From an uncultured Candidatus Saccharibacteria bacterium (GTDB lineage: Bacteria; Patescibacteriota; WWE3; UBA101185; UBA10185): 64,000 nucleotides of DNA. The stretch is from the NCBI GenBank assembly GCA_964387275.1, contig CAYLVW010000002.1:63286-127285 (forward strand). The letters are read 5' to 3'. The notes under the pieces were generated by a model. It made no database searches and had not been told where the DNA came from. It saw only the letters and a program-made list of their open reading frames with translations. Below are positions 9,560 to 19,322 of the stretch, one piece after another; position 1 is the first letter of the stretch; each line of letters opens with the position of its first letter. The position numbers and the translations under genes are program-made.

Positions 9560-9787
9560 TTAGACGTCGCCCGATTTGCTCAAACTGGTGAGATCCTTGG
9601 CAGCTCTATTTAAGCCAAATAAGGCCAAGAAAAGCACCACTGTTGCCCTAATAAGAGCATCGATGTCTATATCAACGAAAAACTCCAGGAATATAGACAC
9701 AATTATGAAAAGGCTGGCAGAAACAGTAATCACAACAAACAGAAAAGAAGCTATCAATATAATGGCTTCATATAGTCTTTGCACCAA
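9560..9787 (-). CDS. Small 2-TM membrane protein (paralog A)
   Basis: Two hydrophobic helices. The C-terminal motif LFGLNRAAKDLTSL is shared with the adjacent ORF. Confidence 0.4.
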   Translation of the reverse strand: MVQRLYEAIILIASFLFVVITVSASLFIIVSIFLEFFVDIDIDALIRATVVLFLALFGLNRAAKDLTSLSKSGDV

Positions 9788-9829
9788 ATTCTCCTTTGCT
9801 ATAGGGTAGGCAAATATTAATGTATAATA

Positions 9830-12697
9830 TTGATTATGTCAAAAAAGAAAACTGCACTAAATGAATCGCAAAAACGAGCGATAGAATTTGAGAAAGGCCC
9901 CCTACTAGTTGTAGCAGGTGCAGGTACAGGTAAAACAAAAGTAATAACTGAACGAATAAAATATCTTATCGAAAAAAAAGATGTAAAACCAGAGGAAATA
10001 CTTGCACTTACTTTTACAGAAAAAGCTTCGCAAGAAATGCTGGAGAGGGTTGGAGACATAATGCCCCTGGGTTATCAAGAACCATACATTTATACGTTCC
10101 ATTCTTTTGCAGATAGAATACTAAAAACTGAGGGAATTGAAATGGGACTTGATACATCCTATAAGATAATTCCCGACACCAGTCAGTGGTTACTTTTTAG
10201 AAAAAACCTATTCAACTTTAAACTTTCCTATTTTAGACCATTGGGAAATCCAACTAAATTTATTTCAGCAATTCTAAAATTCATCTCAAGACTTCAAGAT
10301 GAAAATATATCCCCAGCTAAGTTCACAGAATTTGTTAAAAACTCTAAAACTATAGAACCTGATGAAATAAACAGATGGGAAGAATTAAGTGCTGTATATG
10401 AAAAATACCAAGCGCTCAAAATAGCTCAATCGAAATTGGACTTTGGAGACCTTATAAATAAAACCATTGAGTTATTTCATACAAGACCAAATATATTAAG
10501 AAAATATCAAAATCAATTCAAACACATACTTGTAGACGAATTCCAAGACACCAACTATTCACAGTACGAGCTCATTAAACTACTGTACCCTATAACAGAA
10601 TCAACCAATGTAAGAAGCCTGGTTGTTGTAGGAGATGATTCACAATCAATATATAAATTTAGGGGCGCTGCAATTTCTAATATACTAGAATTCCAACAAG
10701 ACTACCCAAACGCAAACATGATAACGTTAACTCAAAACTATAGATCAAACCAACCTATACTGGATACATCTTACAATTTGATACAAAACAATAACCCGGA
10801 CACTTTAGAATCAAAACTAGGTATTTCAAAAAAACTCAAAAGTGCAAACCAAGAAGAATCTGTGAAACCTCAAATATATCAAGCTAATACACTTGAGGAA
10901 GAAGTGGAAGTGGTAATAGCTAAAATTTTGGAAATTCTTGGTAAAGAACCCAACTATACATATAAAGATTTTGCGATTCTATCAAGAGCAAATTCACATT
11001 TAGATCCGTTTGTTCTTGGGCTTAAAAAATATGGAATACCTTATCAACTTGTAGGAAATAGAGGTTTATACGATCAAGAAGAAATCAGAAACATCATTGC
11101 CTTAGTAAGGCTGATTGTTGATGTAGAAGATAATATCAATCTCTTTAGAGCTTTAAACATAAACGTTTTTGGAATACCTTTTGAGGACATCTCAAAAATA
11201 CTAAACCAAGCCAAATATAATAAATCCTCGATATGGAGTGTGTGTCAAAAATCGGAAAACCCAAAAATTAATAATTTTGTTGAGATAATCAACTCTTACA
11301 GACAAAAGATAACAAAATACCTGCCCTCAGAACTTATCTATGAACTTCTATACAGTACTAACTACTTAAAAAGTTTTACGGAGTCTGAGTCAATTGAAAA
11401 TGAACTGGCATTAAAAAATCTGGATATATTTTATAATATTGTAAAAAGATTTGAGGTGGAGTACAGACAAGATATAAGAGAAAACCCCACACTACTAAAC
11501 CTTGTAGAGCATTTGGATTTGATGATAGAAGCGGGAGATAATCCAGCGCAAGCAGAAATAGAAGATGTAGATACAATAAATCTGTTAACAACACATGCAA
11601 GCAAGGGCTTAGAGTTTAAAGTTGTTTTTATGATTAATTTAGTAAGTGATAGGTTTCCCTCTAGAAATAGAAGTGATGTTATTAACATACCGGATGAACT
11701 CATTAAAGAAGTGTTACCTGAAGGAGATCCCCATATACAAGAAGAACGTAGATTATTTTATGTAGGTATGACAAGGGCCCAAAAGTACCTATACATGACT
11801 CTTGCAAAAAACTATGGCGGCAAAAGAGACAAAACTCCCACAGGCTTCTTACAGGAAACAGGGCTAAAAATTACAGAAATTGATAGTAACGAAATAAACA
11901 AGACTGATTCACAAAATAGTTTGTTCGGTACTAAAACAAACTACAGAGAATCTGGTATGGACACACCATATGAACCCAGTTTTGTAAGCTATACTCAAAT
12001 ATCCAACTACAAAACTTGCCCTCTACAATATAAATACGGCTATGTATTAAAAATACCCGGGTCCCCTAGCCACGCTTTGAGTTTTGGAAATACTATACAT
12101 ACAACTTTAAAGGAGTTTCACACGCAACTATCCTCCGGAAAAAACGTAACCCTAAATGAATTACTAGAACTATATGATAAATTTTGGGATCCAATCGGTT
12201 ACATATCAGAGGAACACAAAAAAGAACGCTACCAAAGTGGAATCAACATACTCACTAAGTACTATGAAAAAGCCATGAAAGAAAAAACTAAACCAAAGGC
12301 CCTGGAACAATCCTTTAATATACGTATTGATGGAATGCGAATGTATGGAAGAATTGACCGTATAGACCCATTGCCTGAAGGCGGAGTAGAAATAATTGAC
12401 TATAAAACTGGTAGTCCTAAAGATCAAAAAGAAGTAGATAGTGATGATCAAGTAGCTGTCTATGCAATTGCTGCTAAAGAAGCTTTAAAACTAGACCCAA
12501 AAAAACTGTCTTTATATTTTGTAGAAACAGATCAAAAAATTTCTACTTCTAGAACAGAAAAACAGTTAGAAGACAAAAAAAAGGAAATAGCTGAAGAAAT
12601 TAGAAAAATAAGAAGTGGGGATTTCCACGCAACTCCCGGTATGCATTGTAACTACTGCGACTATAAACATATATGTCCGCATGCTTATAAAAACTAA
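9830..12697 (+). CDS. UvrD/PcrA-family SF1 helicase fused to a C-terminal PD-(D/E)xK (RecB/Cas4-like) nuclease with a 4-Cys cluster
   Basis: Walker A is AGAGTGKT, Walker B is VDEFQDTN, and UvrD motifs follow. The C-terminus has DRIDRID...EIIDYKTG plus cysteines at CPLQYKYGY and CNYCDYKHIC. Confidence 0.8.
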   Translation: MIMSKKKTALNESQKRAIEFEKGPLLVVAGAGTGKTKVITERIKYLIEKKDVKPEEILALTFTEKASQEMLERVGDIMPLGYQEPYIYTFHSFADRILKTEGIEMGLDTSYKIIPDTSQWLLFRKNLFNFKLSYFRPLGNPTKFISAILKFISRLQDENISPAKFTEFVKNSKTIEPDEINRWEELSAVYEKYQALKIAQSKLDFGDLINKTIELFHTRPNILRKYQNQFKHILVDEFQDTNYSQYELIKLLYPITESTNVRSLVVVGDDSQSIYKFRGAAISNILEFQQDYPNANMITLTQNYRSNQPILDTSYNLIQNNNPDTLESKLGISKKLKSANQEESVKPQIYQANTLEEEVEVVIAKILEILGKEPNYTYKDFAILSRANSHLDPFVLGLKKYGIPYQLVGNRGLYDQEEIRNIIALVRLIVDVEDNINLFRALNINVFGIPFEDISKILNQAKYNKSSIWSVCQKSENPKINNFVEIINSYRQKITKYLPSELIYELLYSTNYLKSFTESESIENELALKNLDIFYNIVKRFEVEYRQDIRENPTLLNLVEHLDLMIEAGDNPAQAEIEDVDTINLLTTHASKGLEFKVVFMINLVSDRFPSRNRSDVINIPDELIKEVLPEGDPHIQEERRLFYVGMTRAQKYLYMTLAKNYGGKRDKTPTGFLQETGLKITEIDSNEINKTDSQNSLFGTKTNYRESGMDTPYEPSFVSYTQISNYKTCPLQYKYGYVLKIPGSPSHALSFGNTIHTTLKEFHTQLSSGKNVTLNELLELYDKFWDPIGYISEEHKKERYQSGINILTKYYEKAMKEKTKPKALEQSFNIRIDGMRMYGRIDRIDPLPEGGVEIIDYKTGSPKDQKEVDSDDQVAVYAIAAKEALKLDPKKLSLYFVETDQKISTSRTEKQLEDKKKEIAEEIRKIRSGDFHATPGMHCNYCDYKHICPHAYKN

Positions 12698-12698
12698 C

Positions 12699-13652
12699 CT
12701 ATAAAGGCAGGTTGAGTAGGCCGCTCATACTTTTTAATACAGGATTATAGATTTTTATGTAGGGGTCAGGATACTGTGCCTCGTACCCATTAAATTTTCT
12801 CTTAAAATGGGTCAACCCCTCCCAGTTCATTGTATACAGCGGGAATCTAGGATCAGAAACTCCCTCAAAGTCGAAAATTTTCATACCCAGTTGTTTAAAA
12901 TAAAGTATAGTTTCCCATGTAAGTAGATAACCACTTTTATCCTTTTGACCGTGATCAGATGTACCCCCATGTAGATACCAAACCGCCTTCCCGTTAATCA
13001 GATGAAACTTTGCACCCGTAAGCTCCCCCAAAGAATCATATGAAAAAGCAAGCACACAGTTATCCAAAAACTCTGTAGCTTTTTTAAGGTTTTCGGTAAG
13101 AGTAGGTACATAGAACTTCTTTTTTAAACCTGTGCTTGCGGCTAGTTTTTGAAATACCTCAACTTGCTCTTTGGTTGGGTTTTTAATAATTTTAACAACT
13201 GTACCTTCACGGCGTGCTCGATTGATAGAGTACTTCGCGCTATGAGAAAGCCTAGACCACAGGTCAGTCTCAGACAAAGTTAAGTCCATAAACACAGTAG
13301 AAGGCGGTATGAGGGGAAACAAGCTTTTCTGATAACCATTTTTTACTAGCAATCCAACCTCTTGCATAATACTAGGTTCTATTTTTACAAAGGCTAAATT
13401 GTATTTCTTTGCAATCAGATCAATTTCAGACATATCGGATTCATTCAAAGGGTGGGGTCTCTGAATCTTGGCCACTTTCATAAAAACAGTATTTATTATC
13501 TGAACAAAAATACCACTACTGGTAATTTGAGTCTTCCATCCTAGGGTATTTAAAAAGTTTGACCAGCCCTGAGTCTGTCTTAAGTCAGTGTAGTTAAAAT
13601 CTAAAGTTGTTCCTTTGAGCTCTTCTAACGAATAAATCTTAGTATCTTCCAT
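12699..13652 (-). CDS. FemAB-family peptidoglycan interpeptide-bridge aminoacyltransferase (paralog 2)
   Basis: WYLHGGTSDHGQKDKSGYLLTWETILYFKQLGMKIFDFEGVSDP matches the FemX/FemAB core (YxxGGS...NxxxxW.I..a...G...yDfwG). Confidence 0.65.
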   Translation of the reverse strand: MEDTKIYSLEELKGTTLDFNYTDLRQTQGWSNFLNTLGWKTQITSSGIFVQIINTVFMKVAKIQRPHPLNESDMSEIDLIAKKYNLAFVKIEPSIMQEVGLLVKNGYQKSLFPLIPPSTVFMDLTLSETDLWSRLSHSAKYSINRARREGTVVKIIKNPTKEQVEVFQKLAASTGLKKKFYVPTLTENLKKATEFLDNCVLAFSYDSLGELTGAKFHLINGKAVWYLHGGTSDHGQKDKSGYLLTWETILYFKQLGMKIFDFEGVSDPRFPLYTMNWEGLTHFKRKFNGYEAQYPDPYIKIYNPVLKSMSGLLNLPL

Positions 13653-14566
13653 CTCATCTCATTCGCAAAACTAAATGTATTATAAGCGGGTTCGTTCAAT
13701 ATAAAATCATATGAATCCATATACTCAACAAACCTACCACCAAACCTAAGCTTGAAATTAGTAAAACCAAACCAAGGATCCAAAGTATTGCCAGGGTCGC
13801 TGGAAGCCCCCCACATATCAAACGCAGTGCAATTATTAGCCTTACCAAATTTTATGACTTCCCAAGCAAGAAGTGTGCTGGGAGAAAGGTTTCTATGCTG
13901 ATCAGAAGATCCCCCATAGGGATAATATAAAACCCCATCATACAAAAATAGCATCCAAGAAGCTAGTGGAGTCGTACCCTTAAAAGCAGTTAAAATTTTA
14001 ACCATTCCCTCCTTACCTAAAATTTCCCATATCATCTTGTAGTATCCTTTTGGATGAATAAAGTATTTCTGCCTCTCTGCAGTTTCTGATAGAAGCTTAT
14101 AAAATATCTCAAAATCCTCAGCGTTCTTACCCTCTACCACAATCACAGAATTCTTTTGAGCATACTTAATATTGTACCTATGCTTATGGTGCATATTAAC
14201 AAGTAATGTTTCTTCAGATGGAGTTATATCTAATAAAATGTTGTGTTTAGCAAATGTGTTCTTTTTTGCTTTCACACATCTCTCCTCAAAAATACTTACA
14301 ATAGACTTTATATTCGGATCGGTAGTAAGAATATTAGGAACGTCAAAATTTATCGCAATACAATTGTTTTCTATAAGTGAAGCTTTTACTTTCTCAAAAT
14401 TAATATTATGTGGGTTTACTTTAGGACAATATGCGTAGTAGTAATTTGTGAAAGGAATTTTATGTTTTGTGTACTGAATGCCTTCTACTAATACAGATGG
14501 GGTGCCATACTGAGATTTAAAATTTCCCCAAATCTGAGATTGAACTATGTGATCCGACATAAGCAC
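13625..14566 (-). CDS. FemAB-family peptidoglycan interpeptide-bridge aminoacyltransferase (paralog 1)
   Basis: QSQIWGNFK...VLYYPYGGSSDQHRNLSPSTLLAWEVIKFGKANNCTAFDMWGASSDP. It overlaps paralog 2 by 28 nt. Confidence 0.7.
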   Translation of the reverse strand: MLMSDHIVQSQIWGNFKSQYGTPSVLVEGIQYTKHKIPFTNYYYAYCPKVNPHNINFEKVKASLIENNCIAINFDVPNILTTDPNIKSIVSIFEERCVKAKKNTFAKHNILLDITPSEETLLVNMHHKHRYNIKYAQKNSVIVVEGKNAEDFEIFYKLLSETAERQKYFIHPKGYYKMIWEILGKEGMVKILTAFKGTTPLASWMLFLYDGVLYYPYGGSSDQHRNLSPSTLLAWEVIKFGKANNCTAFDMWGASSDPGNTLDPWFGFTNFKLRFGGRFVEYMDSYDFILNEPAYNTFSFANEMRWKILRFIR

Positions 14567-14674
14567 AGTATAACATTGACTATACCAACTACATACTTTA
14601 ATCTAAGCTTATGGAACATCTCACCCAGACGAGGGTGATTTGAGACAAAAAAGGTTAAGTTCCTAAAACCGGAA

Positions 14675-14714
14675 GGAGTCCGTTTAGGCTTCTAATACAA
14701 GTTAAACGGACTCC
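14675..14714 (+). promoter_or_regulatory. Perfect 12-bp inverted repeat that would sequester a Shine-Dalgarno-like AAGGAG, 12 nt upstream of the PPIase start
   Basis: GGAGTCCGTTTA-(16 nt)-TAAACGGACTCC. The left arm overlaps ccggAAGGAGtcc, and the start ATG is at 14726. Confidence 0.45.
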
Positions 14715-14725
14715 ATTTCTATCTT

Positions 14726-15439
14726 ATGGACAAAAATTCAATAACATCTATAGCAGTTATAATAATAATGATTACCCTAATAGGCGGGTTAATTTACTTT
14801 TCAAAAAATAATGAAAGTAATATAAGTTCTAGTAACAATGAACCAAATCAATTATCAAATTTGGAGTCAATTAATAAAACTCCGGAAAGCTCCCAAGCAG
14901 CAACTAACAATATGAATAATAAATATACTAAAGCTCCAGTACTAAATCTGGATGCAAAAGTCGACTACAAAGCAGTAATTCACACTACAAAAGGTGACAT
15001 AAAAATAGACCTATTCGAAAAAAAGACCCCGATAACAGTCAATAACTTTGTGTTTTTAGCCAAAGAAACCTTTTACAATAACACAGTGTTTCACAGAATA
15101 ATTAAAGATTTCATGATCCAAGGAGGAGACCCTTTAGGCACAGGTACTGGGGGTCCTGGGTATAAATTTGAGGATGAGCCTTTTGAAGGAGAATATATAC
15201 GAGGAACAATCGCCATGGCTAATGCAGGACCTAACACAAACGGCAGCCAATTTTTTATTATGCACAAGGATACCCCACTACCAAAAAATTACGTAATATT
15301 TGGAAATGTCATTGACAATGACAGCCTAAAGGTACTGGACCTCATTGCAAATTCTGAAGTAAAATCCAGCTTTACAGGGGAAAAATCTACACCCATAGAA
15401 AAAACCACTATAACCAGTGTGGAAATACTGGAAAACTAA
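14726..15439 (+). CDS. ppiB: Cyclophilin-type peptidyl-prolyl cis-trans isomerase, membrane-anchored or secreted
   Basis: FHRIIKDFMIQGGDP...GTIAMANAGPNTNGSQFFI. There is an N-terminal TM or signal sequence. Confidence 0.85.
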   Translation: MDKNSITSIAVIIIMITLIGGLIYFSKNNESNISSSNNEPNQLSNLESINKTPESSQAATNNMNNKYTKAPVLNLDAKVDYKAVIHTTKGDIKIDLFEKKTPITVNNFVFLAKETFYNNTVFHRIIKDFMIQGGDPLGTGTGGPGYKFEDEPFEGEYIRGTIAMANAGPNTNGSQFFIMHKDTPLPKNYVIFGNVIDNDSLKVLDLIANSEVKSSFTGEKSTPIEKTTITSVEILEN

Positions 15440-15440
15440 A

Positions 15441-16214
15441 TTACTGTGGCTTGCGCATTTTAAAAATACGCACCCACTCTTCTGTAGTAATGTTCTGAGG
15501 TCTTAGAGTAGGGTCAATATTAACTGTGGACAAAAATTCCGCATCAAAAACCTTGTTAAGCATTTTTCTGGGATTAGAGTACGCATGGTGTAAAAACTTT
15601 TCGTAGGAAAGTATCTCTCTATGGCTAATTTCTATAATAGACTTTCTAACAAACTTAACAATTCCCCCATCCACACCAGGTACCGGATCGAACCTATCTC
15701 TGGGCACTTTAGTAAGAAAGGTAATATCAAAAAATGTCTGCATAAAAACAGAAAGGTATGAGGAATCCGGAGCAACCTCACAAACCTTCCTAGCAACTTC
15801 ATACTGCACCATAAAAACACAAGAGGAAGGTAAGAAGGGCGACTTAGCTATAACATGAAAAATTGGCGAAGTAATATAATAAGGGAGCGACCCAAAAATC
15901 TTAAAATCAGAGGTCATAGGCTTAAAGTTTTGGTAGTAATCTAGAAAATTGGCGTAATCAATTTTAACATTTGGGAATTTTGAAAACTGATTCCTTAAGG
16001 TACTTATAAACCTAAAATCAAATTCAATTGCCTGCAAACTCCCTTTATCTCCCAAATTCTTGACTATCTCTTTTGTAAAGGCACCAAGCCCGGGACCAAT
16101 CTCTAAAACCTCATCATTTTTAAGGTCAAGAGCACTTACCATACTTTTAATGATTTCTGGATCCTTCATAAAATTCTGTCCCAATTCTTTTTTTGCTTTT
16201 ATCATAATAGTCAT
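15441..16214 (-). CDS. rsmA: 16S rRNA (adenine1518/1519-N6)-dimethyltransferase RsmA/KsgA
   Basis: KKELGQNFMKDPEIIKSMV..LEIGPGLGAFT matches SAM-MTase motif I, and the C-terminal domain is present. The true start is possibly 3 codons downstream (MIKAKK). Confidence 0.85.
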   Translation of the reverse strand: MTIMIKAKKELGQNFMKDPEIIKSMVSALDLKNDEVLEIGPGLGAFTKEIVKNLGDKGSLQAIEFDFRFISTLRNQFSKFPNVKIDYANFLDYYQNFKPMTSDFKIFGSLPYYITSPIFHVIAKSPFLPSSCVFMVQYEVARKVCEVAPDSSYLSVFMQTFFDITFLTKVPRDRFDPVPGVDGGIVKFVRKSIIEISHREILSYEKFLHHAYSNPRKMLNKVFDAEFLSTVNIDPTLRPQNITTEEWVRIFKMRKPQ

Positions 16215-16228
16215 TATACAATCTTTGC

Positions 16229-16708
16229 ATGGATAACATCTTCATCGCCTTGGAAAACATCAGAAGTTTATACAATGTAGGATCTATATTAAGATCGGCA
16301 AGCTTTTTTGGAATTAAAAAGATTCTGCTAGTTGGGTACAGTGGTAAATTGATACTACCAAATGGAAAAGCTGTACTAAATGAAAAACTTAAAAAAACAG
16401 CCCTCACTTCCGAAATGGACATTGAAATTATTATGCTCGATTCTTCAGAAGCAATGTATGATTTTGCTTTGGAAAACTCGCTAAAACTAATAGCTATAGA
16501 GCAAGAACAACACGCAAAACCTCTAATAGCAGAAAATATAGAAAATAACGCAATCTATGTATTAGGTAATGAAGTAGAGGGAGTGAGCAAACTCACTTTA
16601 ACAAAATCCAAAAAGGTATTAGAGATCAAACATACTACCGGACATAACTCACTTAATGTTGCTACAACTGCTGGGGTGCTTTTCCATGTAATTGCATCTA
16701 CCAATTAA
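16229..16708 (+). CDS. SpoU/TrmH-family SPOUT RNA 2'-O-methyltransferase
   Basis: NVGSILRSASFFG...IYVLGNEVEGVS...HNSLNVATTAGVLFH. Confidence 0.75.
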   Translation: MDNIFIALENIRSLYNVGSILRSASFFGIKKILLVGYSGKLILPNGKAVLNEKLKKTALTSEMDIEIIMLDSSEAMYDFALENSLKLIAIEQEQHAKPLIAENIENNAIYVLGNEVEGVSKLTLTKSKKVLEIKHTTGHNSLNVATTAGVLFHVIASTN

Positions 16709-18698
16709 AATTTGACCTATCAGAGTCTAAATCGTCTAAAAATTCGTTTACACCTCCGTCAAGATATGTATCATTTTTATTGTTACTTAAATACTTACCC
16801 AAGCTTCTGCGGTTTCCATTAACACTGCTTCCCCCACCAAATCTGCGAAGAAGTCCTACATAATCCACTAACTCTTGAGGTATTTCAGACAAAAACCTAC
16901 TTGGTATATTTGACTGCCAATTTCCAAAATACATCCTAGATTTTGCGTTCGTCAAAAAAAGTTGGGACATGGCCCTAGTTATTGCGACGTAACAAAGTCG
17001 CCTCTCTTCTTCCAACCCATCAATTTCCATTAGAGAGTTGTTATGCGGAAAAAGACCCTCCTCCATTCCAACCAAAAAAACTACTGGAAATTCCAAACCC
17101 TTGCTGGAATGAATAGTCATTAAAGTAATTGCGTTAAAATCTCCGGTATCTGCTCTGTCAGAACTCTCTATCAAAGTAACGTTCTCAAGAAAATCTTGTA
17201 ATTCTAAAAACTGCAATGCAACTGTTTTCAGCTCTTTAATATTTTCTACCCTTGTTGTGGCATCCTCACTACCATCATCTACCCATTGTATATAGCCCGT
17301 ATCTGACAAAACCATTTCCAAAATTTCTGCTGTGGATAAAGACTCTTTTTTCTCAAACCATTTCTTAATAGGAAGCTTTGTTTTTTGCTCAATCTCACTA
17401 ACATCCCAACCCCCTTCTTTAAGGAGCTGCTCAGACTTAGCCCCAATTCCCCTAGGAGGTACATTTATTATCCTATCCCAGGCAACAGTGTCTTTTGGGT
17501 TATATACAACCCTAAGAAATGCTATAACATCCTTAATTTCTTTTCGTGAATAAAACCTAACACCTCCAAAAATTCTATAAGGCAGATTTCCCTTTATCAG
17601 GTGCTCCTCAATATTTCTAGACTGAGCATTAGTTCTGTATAAAACGGCTATATCTTTATATTTAAGGTTCCCTTCGCCAAGAAGCTCTAAAATCTTTGCT
17701 ACCACAAAAGATCCTTCATCCTTCTCGTCGGTTCCTGTGTAACATATAATCTTTTCCCCTGTATGGTTATCTGTCCATAAGTCTAAGCTTATGTGGTTAC
17801 TATTATTTTTTATCACATTTTTAGCAGCATCTAGTATGTTTTGGGTAGATCGATAATTCTGCTCTAGATGATAAGTCACAACATCAGGGTAGTCGTTTTT
17901 AAAATTTAAAATATTTCTGTAATCAGCCCCTCTAAAGCTGTAGATTGCTTGAGACATGTCTCCCACAACAAAAATATTGTGGTGAAGCTCTGATAACATT
18001 TTTGCAAAAACGTATTGAGACTTATTTGTATCCTGAAATTCATCAATCATTATGAATTGAAAAAGGTTTTGATATTTTCCCAATATTTGAGGATTATGTT
18101 TAAACAAGTTAATCGTCTCAACAATCAAATCGTCAAAATCCAGTGCAAAATTATCCCTTAGTCTCTTTTGATATTCTGGGTAAACTCTTGCAACTATTTT
18201 CTGAAACAAGGAGTGAGAAAAATTAGCATATTCTTTAGCACTTACAAGTTCTGATTTAGCACTAGAGATTGTGGCCAAAACAGCATGTGGATTTGTTTTT
18301 TTTGGATCAAACTGAAAATCCTTTAGTATCTGTTTTATTAAATTTACCTGATCATCTGAATCATAAATTACAAAAGAGGGGGGTATTCCTATATTATGGC
18401 CGTCCTTACGCAAAATCTTGGAACATATAGAATGAAAAGTACCTCCCCAAGGAATTTTATAGTCAGGGTCTTGCAGTATCTCTGTTACCCTATGTTTAAT
18501 TTCAGCAGCTGCCTTATTTGTAAAAGTCACGCATAAAATATTGCTATCGTGTACTTCTTTATCTCTAATTAAAAAGGCAACTCTGTGCGTAAGTACACGG
18601 GTTTTCCCGCTCCCTGGACCCGCTACAACTAAGGCAGGGCCAGTATAATGCTTAAGTGCTTCTATTTGTTGTGGATTTAGTGATTCAAAAGAGCTCAT
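16698..18698 (-). CDS. uvrD: ATP-dependent DNA helicase PcrA/UvrD
   Basis: LNPQQIEALKHYTGPALVVAGPGSGKT, with DEFQDTN and the remaining SF1 motifs. The start is trimmed to MSSFESLNPQQ (ATG at 18698), so the 58-aa hydrophobic N-extension in the track ORF is unsupported. Confidence 0.85.
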   Translation of the reverse strand: MSSFESLNPQQIEALKHYTGPALVVAGPGSGKTRVLTHRVAFLIRDKEVHDSNILCVTFTNKAAAEIKHRVTEILQDPDYKIPWGGTFHSICSKILRKDGHNIGIPPSFVIYDSDDQVNLIKQILKDFQFDPKKTNPHAVLATISSAKSELVSAKEYANFSHSLFQKIVARVYPEYQKRLRDNFALDFDDLIVETINLFKHNPQILGKYQNLFQFIMIDEFQDTNKSQYVFAKMLSELHHNIFVVGDMSQAIYSFRGADYRNILNFKNDYPDVVTYHLEQNYRSTQNILDAAKNVIKNNSNHISLDLWTDNHTGEKIICYTGTDEKDEGSFVVAKILELLGEGNLKYKDIAVLYRTNAQSRNIEEHLIKGNLPYRIFGGVRFYSRKEIKDVIAFLRVVYNPKDTVAWDRIINVPPRGIGAKSEQLLKEGGWDVSEIEQKTKLPIKKWFEKKESLSTAEILEMVLSDTGYIQWVDDGSEDATTRVENIKELKTVALQFLELQDFLENVTLIESSDRADTGDFNAITLMTIHSSKGLEFPVVFLVGMEEGLFPHNNSLMEIDGLEEERRLCYVAITRAMSQLFLTNAKSRMYFGNWQSNIPSRFLSEIPQELVDYVGLLRRFGGGSSVNGNRRSLGKYLSNNKNDTYLDGGVNEFLDDLDSDRSNFNW

Positions 18699-18726
18699 AA
18701 CTGGTTCTCGCGATATAATATCATGT

Positions 18727-19212
18727 ATGCGTAAATATATTATTAAGGTTTTATTAATACTAACTATTATCGTCTTTGTGGTGATCGGATTTGTGATAGT
18801 AGCAATACTTAATAACAATAAAAATTCCGCTGGAAGCAGTAAGGCCATTAATGTCAACAATCGAATATTCAAAGTGGATGTCGCTGAAACTGATCTTGAG
18901 AAAACAATGGGATTGATGTATAGAAAAACCCTTCCGGAAAATGAGGGAATGTTTTTTATTTTTGATAGATCGGGGGTTTACACCTTCTGGATGGCTAATA
19001 CTTTTGTGGATATGGACATCCTTTGGATTGATGAAAATATGCAGGTGGCTTACATACAGAAAAACGCTAAGTCCTGCCCTGACCCAACGAAAACTACATG
19101 CAATATCTATAATCCTAAAATCTCTGCAAAGTATGTATTAGAAATTAATGCTGGTCTTTCAAGTAAATATGGCTTCAAAGTTGGGGATAGAGTAAGCAGG
19201 ATCAACTTCTAA
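18727..19212 (+). CDS. DUF192 (COG1430) family protein with an N-terminal TM
   Basis: FKVDVAETDLEKTMGLMYRKTLPENEGMFFIF...FWMANTFVDMDILWIDEN...YVLEINAG. Confidence 0.6.
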   Translation: MRKYIIKVLLILTIIVFVVIGFVIVAILNNNKNSAGSSKAINVNNRIFKVDVAETDLEKTMGLMYRKTLPENEGMFFIFDRSGVYTFWMANTFVDMDILWIDENMQVAYIQKNAKSCPDPTKTTCNIYNPKISAKYVLEINAGLSSKYGFKVGDRVSRINF

Positions 19213-19322
19213 CAAAACTTCTGATATGATTAAGATGTATTAATTTATTGACGCCGGAAAAACATTAGGCAGTTGTTTTGCTGCGCGTGTAGAAGTCGGG
19301 TACGTCAAATTAGGAGAAAAAT

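Noticed and set aside
9576-10102. ORFs 9576..9809 (+), 9817..10059 (-) and 9905..10102 (-)
   Set aside because: They are antisense to the small membrane-protein genes or to the helicase N-terminus. The helicase frame, with its Walker A, clearly wins.
16147-16422. 91-aa minus-strand ORF overlapping the ksgA start and the spoU 5' region
   Set aside because: It overlaps two well-supported genes and has no features.
18699-18872. 58-aa hydrophobic N-extension of the PcrA/UvrD ORF (MNIRLLTLMALLL...)
   Set aside because: UvrD-family proteins are cytoplasmic, the conserved N-terminus begins at MSSFESLNPQQ, and the extension would run across the divergent promoter for the DUF192 gene.
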